A DNA stretch of 55,527 bases, taken from positions 1 to 55,527 of the IMG/VR virus record IMGVR_UViG_3300006929_000018. One strand, given 5' to 3'. A program made the position numbers and the translations under genes. Source of the stretch: a virus. Taxonomy: Duplodnaviria; Caudoviricetes. The first letter of the stretch is position 1; every line of letters begins with the position of its first letter. Below the pieces are notes generated by a model. That model was not told the DNA's origin. It worked only from the letters and a program-made list of their open reading frames with translations, and did no database searches. Below are positions 37,811 through 49,200 of this stretch, one piece after another.

Positions 37811-39997
37811 TTATCTGTTTAATGTAAAATATTTGCTCCAATCCCTACTTGTTTTTCTAAATTTCTTGAATGTTTCTTTGTCTGTATTTTTACTATAGTA
37901 ATCTAAAAAGGCTTGTGGTCCTTTCATTAATGCTTCTTTTAATCTTGCGTTATTTGGATTATTTAAGCTTGAACTTAAATTACTAGTTACCTGCTGCATT
38001 AATATATTTTGTTTTTCTCTATCTCCTCCTGATTCTTTTTCTGTTTCTGTTAATAACCAACTCATTACTAATGGAGATGATAAATTCGCATTCTCCGCAC
38101 TCACGCCCCCTACTACTAAACTAGTGTCTATACTTTGTTTATATGAATTTGCTACCTCTGGTAATACCTGTGTATTTCCTTCTGTATAAATATCTGCTAA
38201 ATTTTGATGTAATGCTGTTTTTTGTTTTAAATAAAAAGCTTCATTTTTTTGTTTAGTCTCATATGATAATGATTCGTTGTATACTTTGGATAATGATTCA
38301 CTATCTGTAGTTTTATCCATTTGTTGTCTAAACGCTACATTGTTTAAGTCTACAACATCATAATACATATCATCTGAAGAAGTATAGTCTGTGTCTATAA
38401 ATTCGTTTACCATTACTACTTCTACAGGCATATTCCCATACTCACTCATTATTTTTTTAATATCTGATTCATCACTATCTTTTGTTACTAAAAATGATGT
38501 AGGTTGTCCTGTTTGTTTGTCTAATCCTCTAACTCTAAATCCTAAATATGAACCATTATAATTTAGGTCCATTTCTTCACCTTCGCCAAAAGGATTCCAT
38601 CCTAAAGCTCCGCCAATAAAACCACCTCCAAAACCTACACCAGAACCAATAGCTGTTCCTACACCTGGAACTACTGAGCCAACCGCTGCTCCTCCTACTG
38701 TAGTTGCGGCTCCCGCTTCTATTCCTCTTTCCCACCATGTTCCAGATACATCGTCATCTGTAACCATAGTTCCAGTTTCTGTATATAAACCTCTAACTTT
38801 CATACCATACAACTTTTTGTTTTCTGCGTTGTATTGTTCCCCATAATGAGCTTTTAATACTGACGTTTGTAATGCTGGGTCTGTTAAAATTTGTCCTGAA
38901 GCTAATAATTGATGACCCGCTATAACATTTGTACCTCCAAGTTTACTATGAGGTCTAGAATTTGCGTCATACCCTCCTAACATTTGCCATATATCACTAT
39001 AAGCTGTTCCTGATTGTGGGTCTCTACCTTCTAATAAAGCTGCAAACCCACTTCTTCCTTGTCCTCCTGTACCTGAACCTATTTTATTTTCCATATTAAA
39101 GACATCTTTAATAGTTAGAGGTCTGTCTATTGTTCCTGTATAGTTTGCGAATAAAGCCGGTAATTCATCAAGATTACTTTGAAATTGCTTTACATAACTT
39201 GTTGGTATTTTCTTTTCACCATATACTGGTTCTCCAGTCCAATTTAAAGCGTCTTTAATCCAAGTATGAACCGCATCTGGATTTTGTTGTAATGTACCTA
39301 CGTCTATACCAGTATCTCTTGACATATCTGATAAGACCGCGTGCATGTTATGAGCGTAAAATGTCTCTACGTCTATCTCTTGCCCCATATCAGTATCTTC
39401 TATCATACTACTTATATCATAATCTCCTCTTATTCCAGAAAACTGAAAATCATCTGTTTCTCCAGATATAAATTGATTATATCTATCATAGTCACCAGGC
39501 ATTATTAAACTACTTGTTTGTTCATTTTGTTGAGCAGCTATAAACTTTTCTAAGTTAGCTTTATTTTGAGAAACTCTTTGTAATATTGGATTTCCCTGTG
39601 TAGGGTCAGAATTAGGATTATTAATATTCATTTTATATTTATTCATATAATAATCTAAATTCCCATACAATCTAGCTTGTGTAATATCTCCATTATATTT
39701 AGTTATGATATCCTTTACATCACCCCATCCTGAATGTTCAGAATGCCATTTCTTCATATCGTCTATATCTTTTTGTCTACCAAAAGAACTATTTAATATT
39801 TGATTTGCTGAAGATGTAGCTTGTTCTAATTGTAATTGATATCTATTTTGTTGCTCTATTCTTTGACTTTGTTGTTGTTGCAACATCTGTATCAACTGTA
39901 ATTCTTTCATTTGAGCAGCGTCTCTTTGACTCCTTCTATCTTGAGCAGACTGATACCCCGAGCTTAATGTTGACCAAAAACCATAATCTATTGCCAT
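37811..39997 (-). CDS. putative ejection/cargo protein
   Basis: Gln-rich helical N-terminus, glycine-zipper segment, adjacent to the vRNAP gene. Confidence 0.65.
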   Translation of the reverse strand: MAIDYGFWSTLSSGYQSAQDRRSQRDAAQMKELQLIQMLQQQQSQRIEQQNRYQLQLEQATSSANQILNSSFGRQKDIDDMKKWHSEHSGWGDVKDIITKYNGDITQARLYGNLDYYMNKYKMNINNPNSDPTQGNPILQRVSQNKANLEKFIAAQQNEQTSSLIMPGDYDRYNQFISGETDDFQFSGIRGDYDISSMIEDTDMGQEIDVETFYAHNMHAVLSDMSRDTGIDVGTLQQNPDAVHTWIKDALNWTGEPVYGEKKIPTSYVKQFQSNLDELPALFANYTGTIDRPLTIKDVFNMENKIGSGTGGQGRSGFAALLEGRDPQSGTAYSDIWQMLGGYDANSRPHSKLGGTNVIAGHQLLASGQILTDPALQTSVLKAHYGEQYNAENKKLYGMKVRGLYTETGTMVTDDDVSGTWWERGIEAGAATTVGGAAVGSVVPGVGTAIGSGVGFGGGFIGGALGWNPFGEGEEMDLNYNGSYLGFRVRGLDKQTGQPTSFLVTKDSDESDIKKIMSEYGNMPVEVVMVNEFIDTDYTSSDDMYYDVVDLNNVAFRQQMDKTTDSESLSKVYNESLSYETKQKNEAFYLKQKTALHQNLADIYTEGNTQVLPEVANSYKQSIDTSLVVGGVSAENANLSSPLVMSWLLTETEKESGGDREKQNILMQQVTSNLSSSLNNPNNARLKEALMKGPQAFLDYYSKNTDKETFKKFRKTSRDWSKYFTLNR

Positions 39998-39999
39998 TT

Positions 40000-42900
40000 T
40001 TATTCTTCTGTTGTATTTGTATTATTGTTCCCTGTATTATCAAGAGGGTTTTGTAGATTAAATCCACTTAGATACCCTCCTACTTCTGTTCCTTTCTTTA
40101 TTAAATCTAACAAAGCTGTATTACTTGAGCCCATACTACCCATAGCGTTAGCAAAAGTTAATCCAGCAAATTCTGACGCTGCTTTCTTATTAGCTAATTG
40201 CATTTGTAGATTTTCTGTTCTTTTAGCTTCTTTTTGTACTGAGTCAAAGTTTTCTTTATATAACAATAAATCAGAATATTGTTTTTGATTTTCTCTTTGT
40301 AAAGCCGCGTCTTGATTTGCAAACTCTAATAAAGCTAATGACCTTTTAGCGTCTAAAATACCTGAATTAGCTAAAAACTTAGCTCTATCCCCTGCAGTTC
40401 CTCTTACGCTATTATCTAACCCTTGTTGGTAAGCTTTGTCTATACCTGTTCTAATTTTTAATTCTTCTTCTGGGTGATAACCTTGTTTTGCTAATTCTTT
40501 TGTTTCTCTTAAATGCTCATAAAACATAGGGCTTAACCTAGCTTGTTCTTCTGGTGTAACGTCTTTCATTGCAGCCGCTAACGCTTTTTTACCCATAACA
40601 GCGTTTACTAAAGCTTCTGGACCTCCAAACGCAGACATTATACCTTGAGCTGCGTCTACTGTACTTTTTAATATATCCTGTCCTGTTGGTCCCTGACTTC
40701 TATCCTCTGTTTCTGTTTCGTCTAAGTTTGGGTCTACTTCAAACGCTTCTGGGTCTATATTGTATATAGCGTCTATATCAGTGGCTAACATGTCAGCGTC
40801 ATAAGTTCCTGTAGCAGGGTCATAAGCTAGATAATTTGGGTCTTTCATTTTATCTAACAATTCAATTTGCTCTTCTGTCAACCCATCTACGTTTTCTAAC
40901 GCTAATATTTTATTTAATCTTTGTTGTTGTTCGTAATCTAATGTTCTTAAACCATTTTGTAACATATGCCTATCTTGCGGCAATACATTTGCATTGTACC
41001 ATCCAGAGGTCCTAAATTGACTATACTCTACATCTAATTGTTTTTTTCCGTAATTTGGATTATAATCTGGGTCATCTGGTCTATCATTACCAGTCATATC
41101 TGGCTCCATTTTTTTATCTAACCATTCTTTACTGACATAATAGGTTTGTCCATCCCTCATGTCGTAAAGTTCATACAAGCCTAATCGTTGAGCTCTAGTT
41201 GTGTTTTCTTTTGTTAGAAATCCTGAAGTTTCGTCACCCTTAGCTAAATCTACTACTTTTGCTGTAGCTTCATTTTCTTTTATAATTCTTTTTCTACTAT
41301 GATTATATGTATTAAAATCTTGTATATCTTGCCTGTCACCATCCTTTTTTAATCGGAATATTTTATCTGCTACTGTAGGGTCAGTACTTATGTCTACATA
41401 TTCGTCTGTTCTTTTATTATAAGTAGTTGCTTGTTCCCCTTCAGTAGGTTGTTCTATCGTTGTTTTTTCTGATAGACCTGACAGTTCATTATAAGTATTT
41501 AAAATTTGTGTTTTTTCTTCTTCTGAACCAGTAAACGTGCCATCTTGTATTTTTTGATAATCTTCTTCTACAGTTCCCAACGCTTGTTGCTTTGCGTCAT
41601 TATACCACATATTTAATTGTGTAATATCATTATTTTGAATAGCTCTATTTAATGTATTTAAATCAATTGCTCCGTCAGGGTCATAATTTTTCTTTAACTC
41701 TAAATATTCTAAAGCTTCTTGTAATGTATTTCTTTCTGTTTCTAATGCCGTTATATCATCTTCATTTTCCGCTACAGATATTCTTTCGTCTATTTTAGAT
41801 AATTTAGTTTTTAAATCGTTTCTTAATTCTGTTTCTGAATTTTTATCACTCCACTCTACCTTTTTTTCTTCTTCTGTTTCTTGTACTAATCTTTCGCTTT
41901 TTTCATCGTCAGTTTCTCTTATTCCTGTTTCTTGTTCATTTTTATTTCTTTGTTCTTCTAAATCTCTTAACTCAGCTTCTTGTATATCATATTGTTCATT
42001 AGTTAATCTTCCTCTTCCTGCCGCTTCATTAGCGTCTCTTTCTGACTCTTCCTGTACATTTGTTTGATATAATTCCTCTGGATTCCAATTACCGTAATCT
42101 CCTTCTATTTCTTCAATTCTAATTAAGTCCTCTGGCGAAGCGGTTCCATCGTTTTTCTTTTCTTGTAATGTATTGTATTCTGCTATATCGGCTTCTCTTT
42201 GTTTCCTTTCTTTATTTGTTTCTAAAACTCCTGTTTCTAATTTATTTAACTCTCTTTCTTCATCTAATATTTCTTCATGAACATTAAATCTTTCTTCAAA
42301 ATCTTCTTCAAAATCTTCTGATAAAACCACGTCTTCTATAGACATTCCTTTATATTTTTCTGCTAATTCAGGATTTTGATTTATCATTCTTTGAGTGGCA
42401 GGACCATATTCATTTATTTCGTTTAGAGCGTATTCTACATCATACTCTATCCATTCTTTATCATCTTCTGTTAATTCAGACTCATCTGTATAACCATAAT
42501 TTTCTATAGATTCTTTTGTGTATTTATCTCTTAACCTATCCTCTAACGATTTTTCATCTTCTACACTTTCAACTTCTAAACCTTCTTCTACAACAGGAGT
42601 ATCTTCTTCTTCTACTACAGTTGTTTCGTCTTCTGTCGTTACTTCATCCTCTTCTGTATCTTCCTCTGCAACTTCTATTTCTCCTTCATTTTCCTCTACT
42701 ACTTCTTCTTCTATTATAACTTGACTTTCTGTATCTTCTTCTGTATCTACTTCTGCAGGTTTTTCCATAGTCATAGCGTCTTCTACGCTAATTCTTTCAC
42801 CATCTTTTTCTGCTTTTATAAAAGAGTCTTCTACCCCTAATTCTGTTATTTCTTCTAATAATTTATCTGCGCTAGATTTATTGTATAACGGACCATCTTC

Positions 42901-44259
42901 TGGTACAGTCACTATGTGTGCGTTAAGTTCACCTTTTATAAATTCAGTTTGTACTAAATATCCCTCTGCTTTTAATTTTTCTATTTTTTCTTTTAATTCT
43001 CCTGTAGGTTCTCCTACGGAAACTCCTATTTGTACTTTATATACAGGAAAAGTTTCTTGTGGCTCCCAATTTAATCCATCTTCACTTTTATTATATATTG
43101 TTCCATCTACCATTATTGATTCGTCTTCTATTCCTGCTGGAACGTCTTGCAGTGAAGGAAAAGATTTTATTTCTGGTTCTTCTATTATTTCTGTTTCTAT
43201 TGGTTCTAAAGGGGTTTCTCCTAAATAAGGGTCCCCTTCTTCAATAATATCTTGGCTATATACTGATATTTCTCTTTCTAAAGCTTCACTATCATTTAAT
43301 AATTCATTTTTTAAATTATTATCTGGTTGGTCATTTAATACCTTTATAGCTGTTTCTATATCTTCTTCTGAATACCCTTGGTCTTCCAGGTTTTTTCTAT
43401 AGACTTCATCCATATTTATATCATCTCTTCCTCCATCTGATAATATTTGATTACCTTCTACGCCATCTGTAATATCATAATCTCCATCGGTATTATCATA
43501 AACATCAGCAGCTTGTCGAGTTAATCTGTCATTACTTGATTGCGGGTTTGTTATATTGTGCAGTTTGTCTATAGCATCCGCGTCTCCTGCTTTTATTTTC
43601 TCTATATCTTCTTCACCTATATATCTCGGTGAATTAGGGTCAAACATACCTCTATGCTCACAAAAAGCTACTAAAATTGCAGCAGAGTATCTTTCGTCTG
43701 CAGCTAATTCTGGATTAGCTACTAAATCAATGTCTATACCATTTCTGTTTAATATTCTAGTTACATTTTCATAATTTGACCTTCCTGTTAATTGTACTCC
43801 TCCTCTACCCCTATATGTCCATCCATCATCATCTTCGGTGTTACCTATTCTACCACTATAAACTACATTAAATAATTCTTGTTGCCTAGAGTCTATAACA
43901 CTTTGACTTAACTGTCCTCCATTAACATCTTGACTATTAGCTGTATGAACCGAACCTGCCCATTCCCATAATTCTTTTGGTATTGTTTTACCATTTGCTG
44001 TTGTTACAGATTCTCCAACTATTTCTCCGTTTTCATCGTACCACCCCATTCTAGTTGCGTATCTACCTAAACTTGAATCAGGACTCCCTCCAAATTTTTC
44101 AAACATTCTATCGCGACTATAATAAGCTGATTCTGTAGCTGTACCACTTCTACTTTCTATACCATTAAGTATATATAATAGTTTTATTTGCTCGTCATTA
44201 AGACCAGCTCTTTTAGCTTCAGCGTCTATTGTTTTTCTAAAACTTTTTGGGTTTGCCAT
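40000..44259 (-). CDS. ejection protein with GH19-like muramidase and SPOR-like domains
   Basis: IES, YRGRGGVQLTGRSNY, DLVANPEL; YKVQIG...DSFIKAEKDGERI; long acidic region. Confidence 0.75.
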   Translation of the reverse strand: MANPKSFRKTIDAEAKRAGLNDEQIKLLYILNGIESRSGTATESAYYSRDRMFEKFGGSPDSSLGRYATRMGWYDENGEIVGESVTTANGKTIPKELWEWAGSVHTANSQDVNGGQLSQSVIDSRQQELFNVVYSGRIGNTEDDDGWTYRGRGGVQLTGRSNYENVTRILNRNGIDIDLVANPELAADERYSAAILVAFCEHRGMFDPNSPRYIGEEDIEKIKAGDADAIDKLHNITNPQSSNDRLTRQAADVYDNTDGDYDITDGVEGNQILSDGGRDDINMDEVYRKNLEDQGYSEEDIETAIKVLNDQPDNNLKNELLNDSEALEREISVYSQDIIEEGDPYLGETPLEPIETEIIEEPEIKSFPSLQDVPAGIEDESIMVDGTIYNKSEDGLNWEPQETFPVYKVQIGVSVGEPTGELKEKIEKLKAEGYLVQTEFIKGELNAHIVTVPEDGPLYNKSSADKLLEEITELGVEDSFIKAEKDGERISVEDAMTMEKPAEVDTEEDTESQVIIEEEVVEENEGEIEVAEEDTEEDEVTTEDETTVVEEEDTPVVEEGLEVESVEDEKSLEDRLRDKYTKESIENYGYTDESELTEDDKEWIEYDVEYALNEINEYGPATQRMINQNPELAEKYKGMSIEDVVLSEDFEEDFEERFNVHEEILDEERELNKLETGVLETNKERKQREADIAEYNTLQEKKNDGTASPEDLIRIEEIEGDYGNWNPEELYQTNVQEESERDANEAAGRGRLTNEQYDIQEAELRDLEEQRNKNEQETGIRETDDEKSERLVQETEEEKKVEWSDKNSETELRNDLKTKLSKIDERISVAENEDDITALETERNTLQEALEYLELKKNYDPDGAIDLNTLNRAIQNNDITQLNMWYNDAKQQALGTVEEDYQKIQDGTFTGSEEEKTQILNTYNELSGLSEKTTIEQPTEGEQATTYNKRTDEYVDISTDPTVADKIFRLKKDGDRQDIQDFNTYNHSRKRIIKENEATAKVVDLAKGDETSGFLTKENTTRAQRLGLYELYDMRDGQTYYVSKEWLDKKMEPDMTGNDRPDDPDYNPNYGKKQLDVEYSQFRTSGWYNANVLPQDRHMLQNGLRTLDYEQQQRLNKILALENVDGLTEEQIELLDKMKDPNYLAYDPATGTYDADMLATDIDAIYNIDPEAFEVDPNLDETETEDRSQGPTGQDILKSTVDAAQGIMSAFGGPEALVNAVMGKKALAAAMKDVTPEEQARLSPMFYEHLRETKELAKQGYHPEEELKIRTGIDKAYQQGLDNSVRGTAGDRAKFLANSGILDAKRSLALLEFANQDAALQRENQKQYSDLLLYKENFDSVQKEAKRTENLQMQLANKKAASEFAGLTFANAMGSMGSSNTALLDLIKKGTEVGGYLSGFNLQNPLDNTGNNNTNTTEE

Positions 44260-45416
44260 TATGAATACATGTTATTAGATTTCCACTTATTTATATTTCT
44301 CTGAGCTATGTTAGCTATTTGTCTATCTGACATAGTAGGTTTAAATTGGTCAGTAGCGTGGTCATATATTCCAGCTCCATTATCAACCTTAAAACTAAGT
44401 GGTCCTCCTCCAGCATATATTGTTCCATCATTTGTTACAGGCATTGGATTGTCTTTATGTGTTTCTGGTCCTGGTGTAATTTTACCTCCCCTCATAGCTT
44501 CTCTAATAGGAGCGGCTGCTTTTGAATAATTTTTTTCTTTTAAACCTTCTTCTACAATATTTTGATTATTTACTATTAATTCATTTCCTGTAAATTCAGC
44601 AATTACATCTCCTATTCTTTTACCTCCTGTATTGTACCTATACTTCATTCCACTTGCAGCTAAGTTACCACCATATATATTTTCAGGTTTATCCATATAT
44701 TGTTCAGAGGTAAAATAGTCTCTTTTTCTTCTTTCTTCCATTAAGTTTTGAGTATAAAATTCTGTACCTTCTGTTTGTATCTGTTTCTCTTTTCTTTTTA
44801 ATTTTTTTGACCTTCTTTTTCTAAACAAATATCCTAGTCCAGCTGCGGCTATTGGTAACCAAGGAGCTGCAAATCCTAAAGCTGTAGACGCTGTTGAAGC
44901 TGCCATATAGTCTCCTACTCCCATTCCTAAAGCTTCTTTATTTCCATATGTATAAGGATTATTATCATTTGCTATACTATAAGCTAAACTTGATATTAAA
45001 GCTGAGCTACCTGTGTTTAATCCAAATTGACCCGTAACATTTCCCGCTGCGTCTGCTGTTAATTTTTTACCAAACAACTTACTAGTAGTTACTCCATCTA
45101 CTGTTGTTGTAGGTATTTTTGAGCCTATATTTTTTAATAACGGAGACACCTTAGATTCTATTTGTCCCGCTTGCGTCGCTGAAACAACTCCTTGTGTTAT
45201 TTTATCTGCTTTCGTTGGTTTTTGATACACGCTTTGGGGTATATATCCTTCTGCTTCTTCAGATTGTAACGAAGTTTGCATCCCCTGCTGGTATAAATCT
45301 TTAGCGCTTGAAAATGTATATGCCGCTGATGTATAAGGATTTATTGGTTTATACTGGGGGTCTGTTACTCTTTTTGCGTCCTGAAATTGTCTTAATATGT
45401 CTAAGTAGTTTGCCAT
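44259..45416 (-). CDS. putative cargo/ejection protein
   Basis: TM-like segment plus basic patch; AEFTGNE...GPETH motif. Confidence 0.6.
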   Translation of the reverse strand: MANYLDILRQFQDAKRVTDPQYKPINPYTSAAYTFSSAKDLYQQGMQTSLQSEEAEGYIPQSVYQKPTKADKITQGVVSATQAGQIESKVSPLLKNIGSKIPTTTVDGVTTSKLFGKKLTADAAGNVTGQFGLNTGSSALISSLAYSIANDNNPYTYGNKEALGMGVGDYMAASTASTALGFAAPWLPIAAAGLGYLFRKRRSKKLKRKEKQIQTEGTEFYTQNLMEERRKRDYFTSEQYMDKPENIYGGNLAASGMKYRYNTGGKRIGDVIAEFTGNELIVNNQNIVEEGLKEKNYSKAAAPIREAMRGGKITPGPETHKDNPMPVTNDGTIYAGGGPLSFKVDNGAGIYDHATDQFKPTMSDRQIANIAQRNINKWKSNNMYS

Positions 45417-46258
45417 TATTGATAAGATTTTCTGTATTTTGCAAGTATTGCAAAGATATTAAATTTTTCGGTACTATTTGTACTGTATTTTATATTTATG
45501 TAAGTTCCTCTTTGTCTAGGTCCAGTTACACGTAGTGGGAATCTTAAAATTCCTTCTTTATATTTAGCTGCTGTATTATTATTTATGTCTATAGTTTCTA
45601 AAGTTGTAGTGTCTGTTTCATAACTTACAAAAGTATTACTTAAATTATTTTTATCTGGAGACATAACTATTTTAGCGTTATCAAAAACTTTTGATATACT
45701 AGGTATTTCTGATATAGTTTTTGTTATAGAACTTTCTTCTATAGCGGCAGGAGTAATGTTTTCATCAAAAAATACAGTCTTATAATTATTTATTTGTTCA
45801 TCCCATTTCCATAAAGATAAATAATTAGAATTATAAGAATTTCTTTCACCTATAAATCTTTCGCTTTCTGTACATACAACATAACCTCCTATATTCATCC
45901 ATTTTTTAGGAGTTACTGAATAATAAGATGTAAAAGCTCCTATAGATTCACTATATACCAGTGTTCTAGAATTTGTATCTGATTCCCACGTTCTGTTTTC
46001 TCCAGTACCTATTTCTGTTTCTTCTCTTTGATTATCTGTATTTAACACAGAACTATGCATTGTAATAATAAGTTCATTATTTTTGTAATCAAATACGCTA
46101 GTAATTCCATTAAATTTTAAAGGATTATCACATATAAATCTTCTTTCTATTTTTTGTTTTGTGTCTAAGCTACCATCTCCTTTAATAATGCTTCTTAAAG
46201 CATCCCTTTGTCCTAAATCGTCTGATATTGCTTTTAACGACTCTCCAGTGTATTGCAT
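45416..46258 (-). CDS. C-terminal part of tail stabilisation protein (frameshift fragment)
   Basis: Frame is open upstream of the ATG as DNTYGKL. TLVYSE....FTSYYS..P and SKVFDN motifs. Confidence 0.7.
   Translation of the reverse strand: MQYTGESLKAISDDLGQRDALRSIIKGDGSLDTKQKIERRFICDNPLKFNGITSVFDYKNNELIITMHSSVLNTDNQREETEIGTGENRTWESDTNSRTLVYSESIGAFTSYYSVTPKKWMNIGGYVVCTESERFIGERNSYNSNYLSLWKWDEQINNYKTVFFDENITPAAIEESSITKTISEIPSISKVFDNAKIVMSPDKNNLSNTFVSYETDTTTLETIDINNNTAAKYKEGILRFPLRVTGPRQRGTYINIKYSTNSTEKFNIFAILAKYRKSYQ
45449..45458 (-). promoter_or_regulatory. possible -7 element TATCTTTGCA
   Basis: About 35 nt upstream of the 45416 start, inside a gene end. Confidence 0.35.
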
Positions 46259-46278
46259 TAGTTTACCATAAGTATTAT

Positions 46279-49200
46279 CTATATATATATTGCGCTTTCA
46301 GAAGATACAACACTATCCATATTTCTTGTTCCGTATTTTGTTGTAATATACAAATGGTTTTCTACAGTTTCTCCAGTACCTACGTTTAATGTTGTTCCTA
46401 ATTCATCTTGTATCATAGAAATTGGATTTACTAATAATTTAGACATAGATTTTTCTTGTAATACATACAAATCGTTTCTCCAATTAACTAATCTAGTTAT
46501 TTCTCCATATTGACTTTCCATGTCATGAAATGAATTTTGTAAAAATATTTTAAAAGAATCTTGTTTTTCTCCAGATATTTTTGTTTCTGAATACGCTATT
46601 TCATATGGTAATTCTAAATTTTGACAAGTTACACTTTCGTCCACTGAAATAGCAGAACGTAAATTATTTTCTTGATTATATACAAAGTTATAATTCCAGT
46701 CATTCCAATTACCTTCTCCTGGAGAATCTGGGTCTTGAACATCTCCTATATTTGTGTCTCCAGCGTTTAAATGATACCCCATTCTCATGTCTGTATTTGT
46801 ATCAGATTCTACTGGAAAAACTTGGAATCTAGCCATAGACCTATTTTCGTATGCGCACGCTGTTTTTTGATGTGAGTAAAAGTTTACAAAAGTATCTCCT
46901 CCAAAAACTGTTGATAAATGAGACTCTTCTGAATTACCACCAGCGTCTTTCTTTATAGGATGAAAATTTCCAGCAGGTATATATCTTGTTGATTGCAAAG
47001 AGTTTTTTGTACTACCTCCATATGGAATGTTATTTCTTACTATACTACATAAAAATTTATGTGGAATATATGATGGTCCTCCATAAGGTCCTCCGTTATC
47101 CGTATAAGGAGTTGAGGACGGATTTAAGTTGCATCTATTTTGTATTTTATCGTTCGCTACTACACTATGATGTAATAAATGTTTTTTGTCTGCTCCAACT
47201 GGAGCCCAGCTTCTGTGTTCTAAAATTGTCGCTAAATCTCTAGGATTTAAAAGACCTCTTTTTTCTCCCACATCTCCATCTCCATCTATTTGTATTAATA
47301 TACTCCTTAATCCACATTGAACTGTAGATATTGTATCATATGTTCTGTCGTGTTCGTTTCCACCTCTTGCGTCTGCACACTCTTCCATAACACCAAAGGA
47401 AAAGGAAGTACCTCCACTATAAACGGTATTACCACCGTCAGTTATTTTATATCTTCCTCCATTATAAAATCCTAATGTATTATTTGAAAATCCCGCCATT
47501 TTATTTGTTGCAGCGGATTCTGAAGCGGCTAAATCTCTAGAAAAAGCTATTTCTCCTTTATCTATCATTAAAACACCATCTTTAAAAAATGAACTTCCCA
47601 CTACCTCCCCCGCTCCTAATTCTTTAGCGTTTAATATTTCATGTAAATATATGTCGTGATGTTGAGCAGGTATATATCTAGTGTCTATATTAGACACAGA
47701 ACCAGCACCTCCACTATACCCCTCTAGATTTATTCCATCACTAGGTCTGTAATTTGTAGCGTATCCCGCTCCTCCATCTACTGACATTCCTATACCATAA
47801 TATGTGTCATACATATAGTATTTAGCAATTAACATTCCATTATTATTTTCAGCTTCTAATCTCTTACAATATCTTAAAGCTTCTTTTGCAGTTTTATTTT
47901 CTTGTACAGCGTCCCATCCAAATGAACCATGTGTCGCTTGCACCACATGAGCAAGAGGGCCTCCAGGTGAAGCATTAGGCAGGCTAGCAGACATATTAAC
48001 CCCTCCGTCAAAAGCGTTACCCGTGTGATTATTACCTCCAAAAGCAGTATTTGAACCTGATACTCCAGTTGAAGCGGTATATTCAGGTATCCATTCATAT
48101 ATCAATCTCATCATAGCGTCTACTCTAATTTTATCTCCGCTTCTAAAAGAATATGACGATGTTCCAAAAGCACTATCTGGACAGTCTAATGTAAATACAC
48201 TACCCTGTACGGCTTGAGCTGTAGCTCCCATACACCAATGAGTACCATCGTAACCTTTGTGTAAATCGTGTCCGTTTGCCATACTCCATGTTTCTCTTGT
48301 ATTTGGCAAAACTTCATAACTACCGAAATACGCGCTATGCCTTCTTTTTGGAGTATAATTACCTGGCGTAAAATCTTGGTCATAATCGTATGGAGTATCC
48401 CACCACTTAAACATTCTAGGACCGTTGACACCAGCGTGAAATTTAGCTCCCGCTTCTTCAAACTCTTCAAAAGCGTATATATTATCGTCACGAGTTGCGT
48501 TACCTGATAATAAAGACCTAGCGTTATTACTATTACTGTCATAAAACGCTAAATTAGAATTTTCAGCTAATCCTATATAACCATTTAAATATGAGTCATA
48601 TGGATTATGTAATACTGCAAGTCCACTTGAAGAATCGTTCATAAATATGTCTGACTGCTCACTATCATCATCGTGTAATCCATCTGGATTATAATATCCA
48701 TACTTTGGAATCTGATTACCATATGCTACAGTTTGATTTAACAATCCTTGCTGTATAATACTTTTATCAGACTCTTGTCTTTCGGCTCTTACCACTCTAA
48801 ATCCAGACATTTTTTCTCTAACGTCACTAGGTATTCTAAATTCAAAATTAACATACAAATCTAATGTGTAATGAGTGTTGTCTCTACTATTTTGACGATA
48901 TCTATTTGGTAGTTGTTTTACTGTACAATTATTATGGTCAATACCATTTGTCAATTCAATAACTTTAGGACTGTACCAACCAGCAGATAGACTTGCACCA
49001 ATATTCCAATTACCATTTGGATGCACGTATTGTGATAATAAATCTAATCCAGCTCCTGTATTTGTAGTTGTAGTTGGGTTTATAACATGTGTTTGAGTTA
49101 CATTCGTTCCATCCTTAGCTCTATGTGAAAACCCCGCCCCACTTAATACATATCTCTGTGTTTTTCTGTCTGTAAAAGCTCCTATAGTTTGATTAAACCA

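Noticed and set aside
46258-46281. TAG-to-Gln recoding, known in some crAss-like phages, as the cause of the split tail gene
   Set aside because: Read-through hits TAA six codons later and the downstream ORF is in another frame. All other long genes are intact under the standard code.
47874-48542. Two alternative-frame - strand ORFs inside the tail gene
   Set aside because: Nested in the 1699-aa ORF with no motifs; likely a by-product of locally higher GC.
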